From Kiritimatiellia bacterium (GTDB lineage Bacteria; Verrucomicrobiota; Kiritimatiellia; JAAZAB01), in the NCBI GenBank assembly GCA_040767085.1, contig JAXGPF010000012.1, positions 96,001 to 160,000 of the forward strand: a stretch of DNA of 64,000 nucleotides. The letters run 5' to 3'. The notes beneath the pieces were generated by a model. That model had not been told where the DNA came from. It worked only from the letters and a program-made list of their open reading frames with translations, and ran no database searches. The position numbers were made by a program, and so were the translations under genes. Positions within the stretch are counted from its first letter, which is position 1; every line of letters starts with the position of its first letter. Shown here piece by piece: positions 55,819 through 64,000 of this stretch.

Positions 55819-58062
55819 ATGAAAACCTGGCGTATTTGGCTGATGGGATTGGCGGTCATGGCGGCGGCCGCCGCGGCGGCGGCGGAAGGCGCGGCGGAAG
55901 GCGCGGTAGAATCCGTGGCGGATCGCTTGCGGAACGATCCGTACATGATCCCGTTTTACACCGGCAAAATATTGCCATGCCCCCGCGAGACCGCGGATCA
56001 CGCGGAGTTTTATCCGCTGGCCAATACCGGCATCCTGCTGGGCGGCGGCCTGGCCGCCGATGATCCGCGGTTGCGTTTGCTCCTGAACCGGATCACGCAA
56101 TACGGCGGCGCGTATAAATTCGTGGATGCGCTGGATGCCGATTGCGCGACGATTTTCGTTGCGGGCGGCACGCCGGCCGGCCTGGCCATGCCGGCGCCGC
56201 CGGACCGGCCGCAGGGTTACGCGATCCGGTGCGCGCGGCGGAATGGGCGCAATCTCGTGGTCTTCAGCGGACGCGATGACCTGGGCCTGACCTGGGCGGT
56301 GAATTCCCTGGTCCAACTGATCGCCTGGCAGGACGGCGCCTGCGTCCTGCACGCCATGGATGTCAGCGATTACCCGTTCATGGAGCGTCGCGGAACCACC
56401 GGCCCGGGCGTGAAGGACTACGTGGATGCCTCCCGGATCTATCCCTTGATGACCAAGCTGGACCTGCTGCAATTCAGCAAATCGCTGCTGGTGCCCCGCC
56501 GCGCCGCGCCGATCGAGTGGATTGACTGGCGGGCGCCGCGGCCGAAGGAGTTGACGGACAAGGTGGCGGCCATCGGCGCCAACCTGCGCGGCCTGGGCAT
56601 CGTCTGGCAAGCCGGCATCATGCCCTATACCATCGGCAACGGCATCGAGGGCAAGTACGGGCTGATCCAGGTGGACAGCCAAAGCGACGAACATTTCGAG
56701 ATCATCTGGAAAATGTGCGAGCCGATCCTCCGGGCGGGCGGGGGCCTCATATATACGCCGGATGACTACCGCTTCCCGCTCAGCCCCGGCGATGAAAAAA
56801 ATTTCGGGACGGCGCGGGATGCCGACGTCTTCTTCATGAACCGCCTCTATGCCAGGATCAAGGCGGAATACCCCGGCGCGGAGTTGTCCATGGTCCAGCC
56901 GTTTTACTGGGGGCCGACGGACACCAATCCCTGGTCGGCGGAATCGCCGCTGGAGTATTTGAAGGCGCTGGGCGCGGGATTGCCGCCGGAGATCAACCTG
57001 GCCTGGACCGGCCCGAGCGTCAAAACCGCCGCGTTTACCAGCGCGGATACCGCCAGGTTCGCGGCCTTGATCCGGCGCAAGCCTTATTTCTTCCAGAATT
57101 CCTCGGATTTTTTCCATGCCTACCGCTGGATTTATCCCACGGATGAACTGCGCTGGTGGCTGGGCGCCGGCCGCGATAAGGGCGTTTACCTCGAAGTCAA
57201 CGCCGCGGTTTTGAATTCGCTGGGCTTGTATTCGGACATGCTCTGGAGCGCCATGCTCTGGAATCCAGATGGCTACGATCCGAAAGCCTGCGCCCGGGAC
57301 GCTGCGGAGAAAATGGTGGGCCCGGAAAACTACGGGCTGGTCCGCCAAATCGTGGAGGGGTTGGCATGGTTCGACCAGTTCGATTTCAAGCAGACGCCGG
57401 CGGCCGCCCGCGAATTAGCAGCCATTGAAGCCCGGCTGGCGGAACTGGAAAAACTGTGCGCGGAATTCGAAAACGATTCCACCCATCCGGCCGCGGCGCG
57501 GCAATGGGCGTCGTTCGCCTGGCAGTTGCGGGCCGTCCGGATTTTCCGCGACAGCCTCAAGAAAAATCCCAGCCTGGCCTTGTTTGCCGTCCAGGGCGCC
57601 ATGATCGAAAAACTGGCGCAGGAGGAGGCGGCATTCCAGGCGCGGACGGACCGGATGTTTACCGCGTATGACTTTGCCGGCGGCCCCAAGCCTCAGCAGA
57701 TTTTCCAGCGGCTGGCAACCTGGATTTACGGCGCGCAGTCGCGCGCGCCGCAAATAGCGGTCTCGTTCGAAATCGAGCCGTACCCGCCGGAAACCGGCTA
57801 TGTCTTGCTGATCTGCGGCCGCGATGGCGGCAACGGCGACCATTGCCCGATCGAGATCACCCTGAACGATCAAAGCATATTCAAGGGGCCGAATCCGTTC
57901 GCGCGCGATCAATGGACGGTGCGGGAGTTCCCGACGCCGTTGCCGGCATGGCAGCGCAACAATGTGTTGAAGATCGCCAATCTCGCGGAAAGCGCCCGGT
58001 CGGGCCGGCCGTATTTCGCGCTGAATTATTTGATATTAAGACAAGATACAGGAGCCAAATGA
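55819..58062 (+). CDS. Secreted GH84-like protein (paralog of 44697-46976)
   Basis: Signal peptide, PFYTG.I.P.P, PDDYRFP, PFYWG, LPPEI...WTG, RKPYFFQN, F.LNY..LR. Confidence 0.72.
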   Translation: MKTWRIWLMGLAVMAAAAAAAAEGAAEGAVESVADRLRNDPYMIPFYTGKILPCPRETADHAEFYPLANTGILLGGGLAADDPRLRLLLNRITQYGGAYKFVDALDADCATIFVAGGTPAGLAMPAPPDRPQGYAIRCARRNGRNLVVFSGRDDLGLTWAVNSLVQLIAWQDGACVLHAMDVSDYPFMERRGTTGPGVKDYVDASRIYPLMTKLDLLQFSKSLLVPRRAAPIEWIDWRAPRPKELTDKVAAIGANLRGLGIVWQAGIMPYTIGNGIEGKYGLIQVDSQSDEHFEIIWKMCEPILRAGGGLIYTPDDYRFPLSPGDEKNFGTARDADVFFMNRLYARIKAEYPGAELSMVQPFYWGPTDTNPWSAESPLEYLKALGAGLPPEINLAWTGPSVKTAAFTSADTARFAALIRRKPYFFQNSSDFFHAYRWIYPTDELRWWLGAGRDKGVYLEVNAAVLNSLGLYSDMLWSAMLWNPDGYDPKACARDAAEKMVGPENYGLVRQIVEGLAWFDQFDFKQTPAAARELAAIEARLAELEKLCAEFENDSTHPAAARQWASFAWQLRAVRIFRDSLKKNPSLALFAVQGAMIEKLAQEEAAFQARTDRMFTAYDFAGGPKPQQIFQRLATWIYGAQSRAPQIAVSFEIEPYPPETGYVLLICGRDGGNGDHCPIEITLNDQSIFKGPNPFARDQWTVREFPTPLPAWQRNNVLKIANLAESARSGRPYFALNYLILRQDTGAK

Positions 58063-59489
58063 CGCATGAACAAACGCTTGCCGCCGGCGCGGCCGGCGCG
58101 GACATTACCCCTGAAATGGGGGTGCAGATCGCCGGCGATATCGGGCGTTACCGGCCGGTTGAGGAAATCCGCGACCGGCTGCATGCGAAGGTGTTGATTC
58201 TCAACGACGGCGCAAATACCGCCTGCATCGTTGCCGCGGACTTGACCGCGGTGCAGCGCGATCGGACCGCTCCATTGCGCGCCCGGATTGCCGAATATTT
58301 GAAAATCCCCCGGGAAGCGGTAATCATCCACGCCACGCAGACCCATTCCGCGCCGGCCTTGGGCAATGAAATCCTGTCCCAAAATTATCTCCAAAAGTTT
58401 CCGCCCAGCCTGGCCTGGATCGGCGGCGGCGATGCGCGGTACGAAGCGTTTTTAACGGACCGCGTCATGTCGGCGGTGCAGGCGGCGCGGTCGGCGCTGG
58501 AACCAGTCCGGCTGCGGGCGGCGCGCGGGTATGACTCCCGGGTGGCCACCAACCGCCGTTACATTTCCCGCGATGACACCGGCATCTACCAGGCACGCCC
58601 GGATAATCCCAACATCTTATGCTGGGAAGGCCCGATCGATCCCGAGGTTGGCGTGGCGGTCTTGGAAAATCCAGCCGGACGGGTGATTTGCGCCATGCTG
58701 CACCATACCTGCCATCCCTGCCATGGATATCCCAAGCGCTGGATTTCGGCCGACTGGCCGGGATACTGGGCGCGCAAAATCGAAGAACATTTCGGCGGCG
58801 GCTGCGTGGCCATGGTTTTGAACGGCGCCTGCGGCAATATCCTGCACGGCAATCCCTTCGATCCGGATCATAAAGGCCCGATTGAAACAAGGGGCGGCCA
58901 CCTGGTTGAAACCACGGCCAAGATTCTGCCCCGGCTGGAGGAATTGCCCGGCGTCCCGGTGCGCTGCACCAGCAAGGTGCTCTCCATGCCGTTACGCCTA
59001 GCGTCCGCGGAGGCGCTGGCGGCGGCGCGGGAATTGACGGCCGCGCATCCCGATCCGGTCTGGCTGGACCCTGAAAAAACCAGGATTGACTGGAAATGGA
59101 TGCATGCGCACTGGCTGCTGGATCAGGCCGCACTGAAAAAAACGCACCCGCATTACGATTACGAAGTGCAGACCGTGCGCATCGGCGGCCTGGCGATCAT
59201 CGGCTGGCCGGGCGAGCCGTTCGTCGAGGCGCAACTTGAAGTCAAAACCAAGGCGCCCGCGCGATACGTTTTCGTGGCGCATATGTGCAACGATTCGCCG
59301 GGGTACCAGCCGACCCGGAAAGCGTTCAAATACGGCGGGTACGAGGTCGAGTGGACCGACTTCGACGAAAACACCCTCGATACGGTGACGGCGGCCACCC
59401 GGCGCTTGATGCAGGATGTCTATGACGATGCCGGCGCTGATAAACCGGAACTTGATGATGCTAAATCACACGGAGACCAAGATGCTTAA
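58059..59489 (+). CDS. Neutral/alkaline ceramidase-like hydrolase
   Basis: ADITP, DRLHAK, HATQTHSAP, GPIDP, CHP, ISADWPG, NGACGN, PGEPF, GY.PT, GGYE. Confidence 0.78.
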   Translation: MTHEQTLAAGAAGADITPEMGVQIAGDIGRYRPVEEIRDRLHAKVLILNDGANTACIVAADLTAVQRDRTAPLRARIAEYLKIPREAVIIHATQTHSAPALGNEILSQNYLQKFPPSLAWIGGGDARYEAFLTDRVMSAVQAARSALEPVRLRAARGYDSRVATNRRYISRDDTGIYQARPDNPNILCWEGPIDPEVGVAVLENPAGRVICAMLHHTCHPCHGYPKRWISADWPGYWARKIEEHFGGGCVAMVLNGACGNILHGNPFDPDHKGPIETRGGHLVETTAKILPRLEELPGVPVRCTSKVLSMPLRLASAEALAAARELTAAHPDPVWLDPEKTRIDWKWMHAHWLLDQAALKKTHPHYDYEVQTVRIGGLAIIGWPGEPFVEAQLEVKTKAPARYVFVAHMCNDSPGYQPTRKAFKYGGYEVEWTDFDENTLDTVTAATRRLMQDVYDDAGADKPELDDAKSHGDQDA

Positions 59490-62400
59490 ATCAGGAATAT
59501 TGCCGGCACTCGTCTTGACGCTGACTGCGTCGCTGGCCCTGGCGGAGACGGGTACCCTGAAGCGGGTGGGGGTGTTCAAGGATGCCCGGTCGCATATCAC
59601 CGGCAGCATGCTCAAAACCCTGGCGGAGGCGCAATACGAAGTCGAAATCATCGAGCGTCGGGATTTGCAGGCTGGTGAAAAATTGCAGCGCCTAGATGTG
59701 CTGTTCCTGCCCGGCGGGTGGAATGCGCTGAACTTTGCCGGTTTCCACGGCCGGCGCAACATGATTGATTTCGTGGCGCAAGGCAAGGGCATCCTGGCCG
59801 GCGCGTTTCGTTCCGGCTACGTGCGGACCGCCAACCGCCCCCTTTTCCCGCAGATTGGCGCGGTCTATAACCGCGTGAACGGCTCGGGCCTTTTTCCCCG
59901 CGGCGGCAGCCCGTTGACCGCCGGGATCGCGGTCCCGTTTTATCTGACGGCCTGGGATCACCTGATCGTCGAGGTTGGGCCGCTGGGGCGGACGTTCCTG
60001 GAGGACAGCAGCGGGTGTCCCGTGGGCGTGTATGGCGAGATTCATGGCGGGCGTTACATCGCCCTGGGGTGTTTCATCGGGTCCGATGCCGCGTCCGCAT
60101 CCATGCAAGGCCCGGAGCGGGTGCTGCTGCTGAACTGCCTGGCCTGGCTGGCCTCCGCGCCGGCGCTGACGGCGGAGGAGATGGCCGAAACCCGGCGCGC
60201 GGCGGAGCTGGAATTTCTGCGGCGCGAAAAGATTTATGACTATACGCTGAACGACCGCGGACCGGACCACGGCCCGGGCATCATGCCGGCGGTTAAAAAC
60301 CGCCTCGAGGCCGCCTTGCAGTCCCGCCTGGCCCGCTTGGATGATGCCGGGCCGCATTGCCCGGACGCGGCGCGCGCCCGCGCCGCCGGCGTGCGGCAGG
60401 AACTGGAACTGGCCCGGGCAACCCTCGCGCGCAATTACGAGGAAGCGCGGGCGGAAAAAATCAATGCCATCAACGCCATGTCCCGCGCGGAACTCGCGGC
60501 CGATAATCCCTTCCTGCAGAAGGAAGACGTGCTGCGGATGATTGCCGCCGTGCCGGGCAAAACCGCCGATGAGCAAAAGGCTGTCGAACAGGCCATCGCC
60601 GCCATGAACGGCAATGTCTGGATGGACACCGCGCCGCGCGCAGCGGCGGCGTTCTTGTACGGCGATGCGATTCAGGCCCGGTTGTTCGGCCAGACACAGT
60701 TCCAGGCGCTGCTTGACCGGGCGGATGCCCTGCTGGCGGAGGTGGAACCATTGGCGGCGGCCGCCCGGGCCGCGCAGTACGCGGCGGAACATGCGGCCGA
60801 CCTGGAACTTGTCCCTGGATTGCTGCAGGATTGCGCCTCGGCGGATGCCGCCCGGCGGCGGCAAGCGGCGCAGGAACTGGGGCGGATCGGCGATCGGCGC
60901 GCGGAAAAGGCGCTGGTCGGGATGATTGACGACCCGGACAGCCAGGTCCGTACGCATGCCATCCTGGCGCTCGGTTGGCTGCAGGCTCAAGCGGCGGTCC
61001 CGGCCCTGAGCCGCGCGGCGCAAAGTCCCGATCAATGGGCGCGGCGGCGGGCGGCGCAGGCCCTGGGCCAGATCGGCGACCCGGCGGCGGCGGATGTCCT
61101 GCTGCAGCTCATGGACGACGAAGATTATTTTGTCCGTGAAAACGCCATCCTGGCCCTGGGCTGTCTGAAGGCCGCAGAAGCTGTGCCGGCATTGCTGAAA
61201 CTCATCGCCGATTCCGACCGGCAGCATCCGCTCCAGCGCGGCCTGATGACGGCTGCCATCGCCGCCCTGGGCCATATCGGCGATGCGCAGGCGCTGCCGC
61301 AACTGGAACACTGGGCGCAAACGGCGGATGATTTCCCCGCGCCGCGCCGCGGCGGCGGCCGCATCAAGAATATTTACTCCACGGCCCAGTACCTGGGACT
61401 GCAGGGGCATGCGGAACTGGCGATTGCGGAAATCAAGGCCGGCGGCCGCGCCGCGGCCGGCGTGCGCCAGGCGGATTTTCTTGGCCGCCGCGATATATTT
61501 TACGGGTTGACGCGCCATTTCAATTTCTTTGCCGGCCGCCCATTCCCCGTGCTGAAAGCCAATTTCCCCGGCGACCCGGCCGCGGCTTTCCCATGGCTGC
61601 GCGCGGCCGGAGTCACCGGCATCCACAATTCCTGGGGCGCACAGGATGACGATCCGGAGCAATACCGGGAAACGATCCGGCGGGCCGGCGAATACGGTCT
61701 GCGCTGGATTGACGTCATGCCGCAGGTCGGCAACATCTTCGGCAGCCGGGAACATTATGCCGTCAATTCCCAGGACCGTACGCTGAATAAACCCGGCGCG
61801 GAACTGGTCCTCTTCAAATTCGCCGATTTGCCGGCTTTCCAGGGATTCTGGACCGAGGAGGATTACCCCAACGTGGAGATGGAGAATGCCGATCTGGAAA
61901 ACTATCTCCAGGGCAAGCACGGCTCCGACTATCGCCGCGTTCTGGGCGTAACCAACGCCGCCGCGCAACTGCTGCCGCCGCGCGGAGAGCGCCTCCCGGA
62001 AAACTTCTATAATCTCCGGGTTTATGCCGAATTTCTCGAACTGGCCGGCGCCCGTCTGCTCGAGCATTGGCGCGAAGCCCAGGAATGGCTGCATGGCGTG
62101 CGCAAGGGGTGCGCTTTTACCTTCAATAATACCACCGGTGTGCGCTGCACGTATCCCGGCGTGGCCGGGGGTGCGGGGGGCATCATTGACGCGCACGGCC
62201 CGGAATCTTACCAGTCCTTCGGAACGGATAATGCCTTCATGATGGAATTGAACAAGGATGGCGAGGCGCGGCCGGTGCTCTGCGAGTTCTACAACATGTA
62301 CTCGCCTTCGCCGGAGCATGCCGCGCGCGGCTTCGCCCAGCACCTGATGCATGGCGAATGTTATTACAATTTTTCGTTCGAACAAATCTTCGCGCAGGCC

Positions 62401-63633
62401 GGCGAATCAGCCCTCTGGAACTGGGATGCCCGGCGCTGGGACAAAGCGGTTGAGATTTTCCGGAAGGCCCAAAAACTCGGGGAATACCTGGCCGTGCCGG
62501 CCTCCGCCGCCAATGTCGCCCTGGTCGCCAGCGAACGCACCAAGCTCCTGCTGTATTCCAAGGGATACGGCGAACGCGTTTCGCAGTCCCGCCGGTATTA
62601 CCAGCACCAGGCAGGATTATGGTCGGCCCTGCAGCAGTCGCAGATTCCCTGCGACGCCATCTGGACGGAAACCATGACCCCGGAAAAGCTGCGGCGGTAC
62701 CGGGTGCTGCTGTTGCTGGACGCTAAAATCCTGACACCGCCGGAAGCGGAACTGATCCGGCAGTGGGTGGCGGCCGGCGGTATTCTGATTGCCGGCGGCT
62801 CCGCCTCGCTCTTCAATCAATGGGGGGAAATTCATGAAAATTATGCTTTAAGCGACGTTTTCGGCCTGGATTACGCCGGGCAGGCCGCCCGGGTTGATCC
62901 GGCGGCGAACGATACCTGGTGCTGGGATGCCGGCCGGCCGCCTTTCCCGGCGGCGGACGCGGAATTGCTACCGGATAATTTCAGGTGGCACGTGTTGCGC
63001 GACATCAAGCCGGTCAAATCCATCGGGGTGTACCGCGTGGAAGATGATGCGTTTCTGGCGGGGGCCGGCGCCGGCCTGGCCTGTGAATACGACCTGCCGC
63101 TGGGGTATGACCGCGTGCGGACCAACACCGCGCAGACGGCGGCGCGGTTTGCCGGCGGCGACCCGGCGTTGACAGTCAACCGGTTCGGGCAGGGTCTTTG
63201 TTACTTCTGGACGCCGATCTATCCCGGGCTGTGTCATGTGGCCTCCGGCTGGGAAATGCAGGCCAACTACAAGGATTTCTGGCCGGGCGTGCGCGAGCTG
63301 CTGGCGGCGATGGTGCAGGGCGGCCTGCGGCACGGCGGCGCGCGGTTGCCGGTCATGGCGTCGGCCTGCCCGAAGGACGTGGAAGTCACCGTGCGCCGGC
63401 AGCCGGAACAGCGCCGGTGGCTGATCCACCTGCTCAACCTCGATCCCAGCCTGGCGCGGGTACGGGGCGTCAACCTGGCCATCAGCGCCGGCATGCTGCC
63501 GGCCGGCGGCGCGGTTAAAATCAGTTATCCGGATGATCAGCAGGTTGTTAATTACCGCGAGGCGGGCGAGGCCCTGGTGTTTACCGCGCGCGATTTTGAG
63601 GTGCATGACATGATTCTGCTGGAGTGCCAATAA
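59482..63633 (+). CDS. Large secreted multidomain protein: GATase1-like domain, HEAT/PBS-lyase repeats, GH-like barrel, beta-galactosidase trimerisation-like domain
   Basis: Signal peptide; DVLFLPGG..FV.QG; R..AA.ALG.IGD repeats; L.RY.VLLL...IR.WV.AGG.LIA; IHLLN. Confidence 0.7.
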   Translation: MLKSGILPALVLTLTASLALAETGTLKRVGVFKDARSHITGSMLKTLAEAQYEVEIIERRDLQAGEKLQRLDVLFLPGGWNALNFAGFHGRRNMIDFVAQGKGILAGAFRSGYVRTANRPLFPQIGAVYNRVNGSGLFPRGGSPLTAGIAVPFYLTAWDHLIVEVGPLGRTFLEDSSGCPVGVYGEIHGGRYIALGCFIGSDAASASMQGPERVLLLNCLAWLASAPALTAEEMAETRRAAELEFLRREKIYDYTLNDRGPDHGPGIMPAVKNRLEAALQSRLARLDDAGPHCPDAARARAAGVRQELELARATLARNYEEARAEKINAINAMSRAELAADNPFLQKEDVLRMIAAVPGKTADEQKAVEQAIAAMNGNVWMDTAPRAAAAFLYGDAIQARLFGQTQFQALLDRADALLAEVEPLAAAARAAQYAAEHAADLELVPGLLQDCASADAARRRQAAQELGRIGDRRAEKALVGMIDDPDSQVRTHAILALGWLQAQAAVPALSRAAQSPDQWARRRAAQALGQIGDPAAADVLLQLMDDEDYFVRENAILALGCLKAAEAVPALLKLIADSDRQHPLQRGLMTAAIAALGHIGDAQALPQLEHWAQTADDFPAPRRGGGRIKNIYSTAQYLGLQGHAELAIAEIKAGGRAAAGVRQADFLGRRDIFYGLTRHFNFFAGRPFPVLKANFPGDPAAAFPWLRAAGVTGIHNSWGAQDDDPEQYRETIRRAGEYGLRWIDVMPQVGNIFGSREHYAVNSQDRTLNKPGAELVLFKFADLPAFQGFWTEEDYPNVEMENADLENYLQGKHGSDYRRVLGVTNAAAQLLPPRGERLPENFYNLRVYAEFLELAGARLLEHWREAQEWLHGVRKGCAFTFNNTTGVRCTYPGVAGGAGGIIDAHGPESYQSFGTDNAFMMELNKDGEARPVLCEFYNMYSPSPEHAARGFAQHLMHGECYYNFSFEQIFAQAGESALWNWDARRWDKAVEIFRKAQKLGEYLAVPASAANVALVASERTKLLLYSKGYGERVSQSRRYYQHQAGLWSALQQSQIPCDAIWTETMTPEKLRRYRVLLLLDAKILTPPEAELIRQWVAAGGILIAGGSASLFNQWGEIHENYALSDVFGLDYAGQAARVDPAANDTWCWDAGRPPFPAADAELLPDNFRWHVLRDIKPVKSIGVYRVEDDAFLAGAGAGLACEYDLPLGYDRVRTNTAQTAARFAGGDPALTVNRFGQGLCYFWTPIYPGLCHVASGWEMQANYKDFWPGVRELLAAMVQGGLRHGGARLPVMASACPKDVEVTVRRQPEQRRWLIHLLNLDPSLARVRGVNLAISAGMLPAGGAVKISYPDDQQVVNYREAGEALVFTARDFEVHDMILLECQ

Positions 63634-64000
63634 TGAAAATACAAACGAATTCGTATCATGGTATCCGGCCGTGCGATCCCGGGGGCAGGAACGGCTTGCC
63701 CAATCCCGAGCGCGGGTGGCGCCTGGAAACCCTCATCGCCGAGCCCCCGGGCTCGCTGCGCGATACGGGTGTGCATGGCCATGCGCACCATCTGGAAGGG
63801 CGGATTTTTCCCGGCTTCAACGACCACTGGTGGGAACTGGATGCCCAGCGCTACCCGGCTTTCGGATTGAAGGTGATCCAGACCTATTGCTACCTGGATG
63901 AATTCATCGGACGGAAAATATCCGCGGCCAAACTGGCCCTCCTGCAGCAGAGTTTGGACCGGCTACGCGCGCGGGGGTTCAAGACTTTGCTGCGCTTTGC
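63633..64000 (+). CDS. DUF4874/DUF4832-type protein, 5' part (runs off window)
   Basis: ATG overlaps the previous stop; MKIQTNSYHGIRP.DP.G..GLPNPERGWRLE...YCYL.EF...RGFKTLLRF. Confidence 0.7.
   Translation, partial: MKIQTNSYHGIRPCDPGGRNGLPNPERGWRLETLIAEPPGSLRDTGVHGHAHHLEGRIFPGFNDHWWELDAQRYPAFGLKVIQTYCYLDEFIGRKISAAKLALLQQSLDRLRARGFKTLLRF

Noticed and set aside
59692-62385. 897-aa antisense ORF (and similar long ones at 10142, 29915, 55501, 5180, 32445)
   Set aside because: Shadow ORFs opposite well-supported genes; expected in high-GC DNA and lacking motifs.

Overview
A GC-rich bacterial chromosomal segment; the gene repertoire suggests a PVC-superphylum organism such as Kiritimatiellia/Lentisphaeria (inference). 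The left part is mostly housekeeping: 3' end of nadE, an LptF/G permease, glycerate kinase, a PilT/PilU ATPase, a complete trpE-G-D-C-F-B-A set and a TrmH-family methyltransferase. The middle holds rmlC/rmlA/rmlD interleaved with two paralogous GT-C-like membrane glycosyltransferases that share a ~1.1 kb near-identical tract, a REP-associated Y1 transposase carrying its own REP doublets in frame, a GH36-like enzyme, a eukaryote-type xylulokinase, surE and mscL. The right third is a glycan-utilisation region: an AraA-like isomerase, an AraC regulator and two paralogous cassettes (GH84-like + FG-GAP + choice-of-anchor-Q beta-helix + DUF4832/4874), each behind a copy of the same promoter segment. 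The most unusual structure is at 34.0-34.9 kb: a GxxExxY (PD-(D/E)XK-like) gene sits in the loop of a 27-bp inverted-repeat element and is preceded by three tandem 98-bp 'empty' copies of that element. This looks like an autonomous/non-autonomous repeat system, and related arms occur, often nested, in other intergenic regions. About nine frameshifts at 39.3-40.3 kb are probably consensus errors. I recognised no rRNA, tRNA or CRISPR array. All product calls come from motif recognition by eye, not from database searches.
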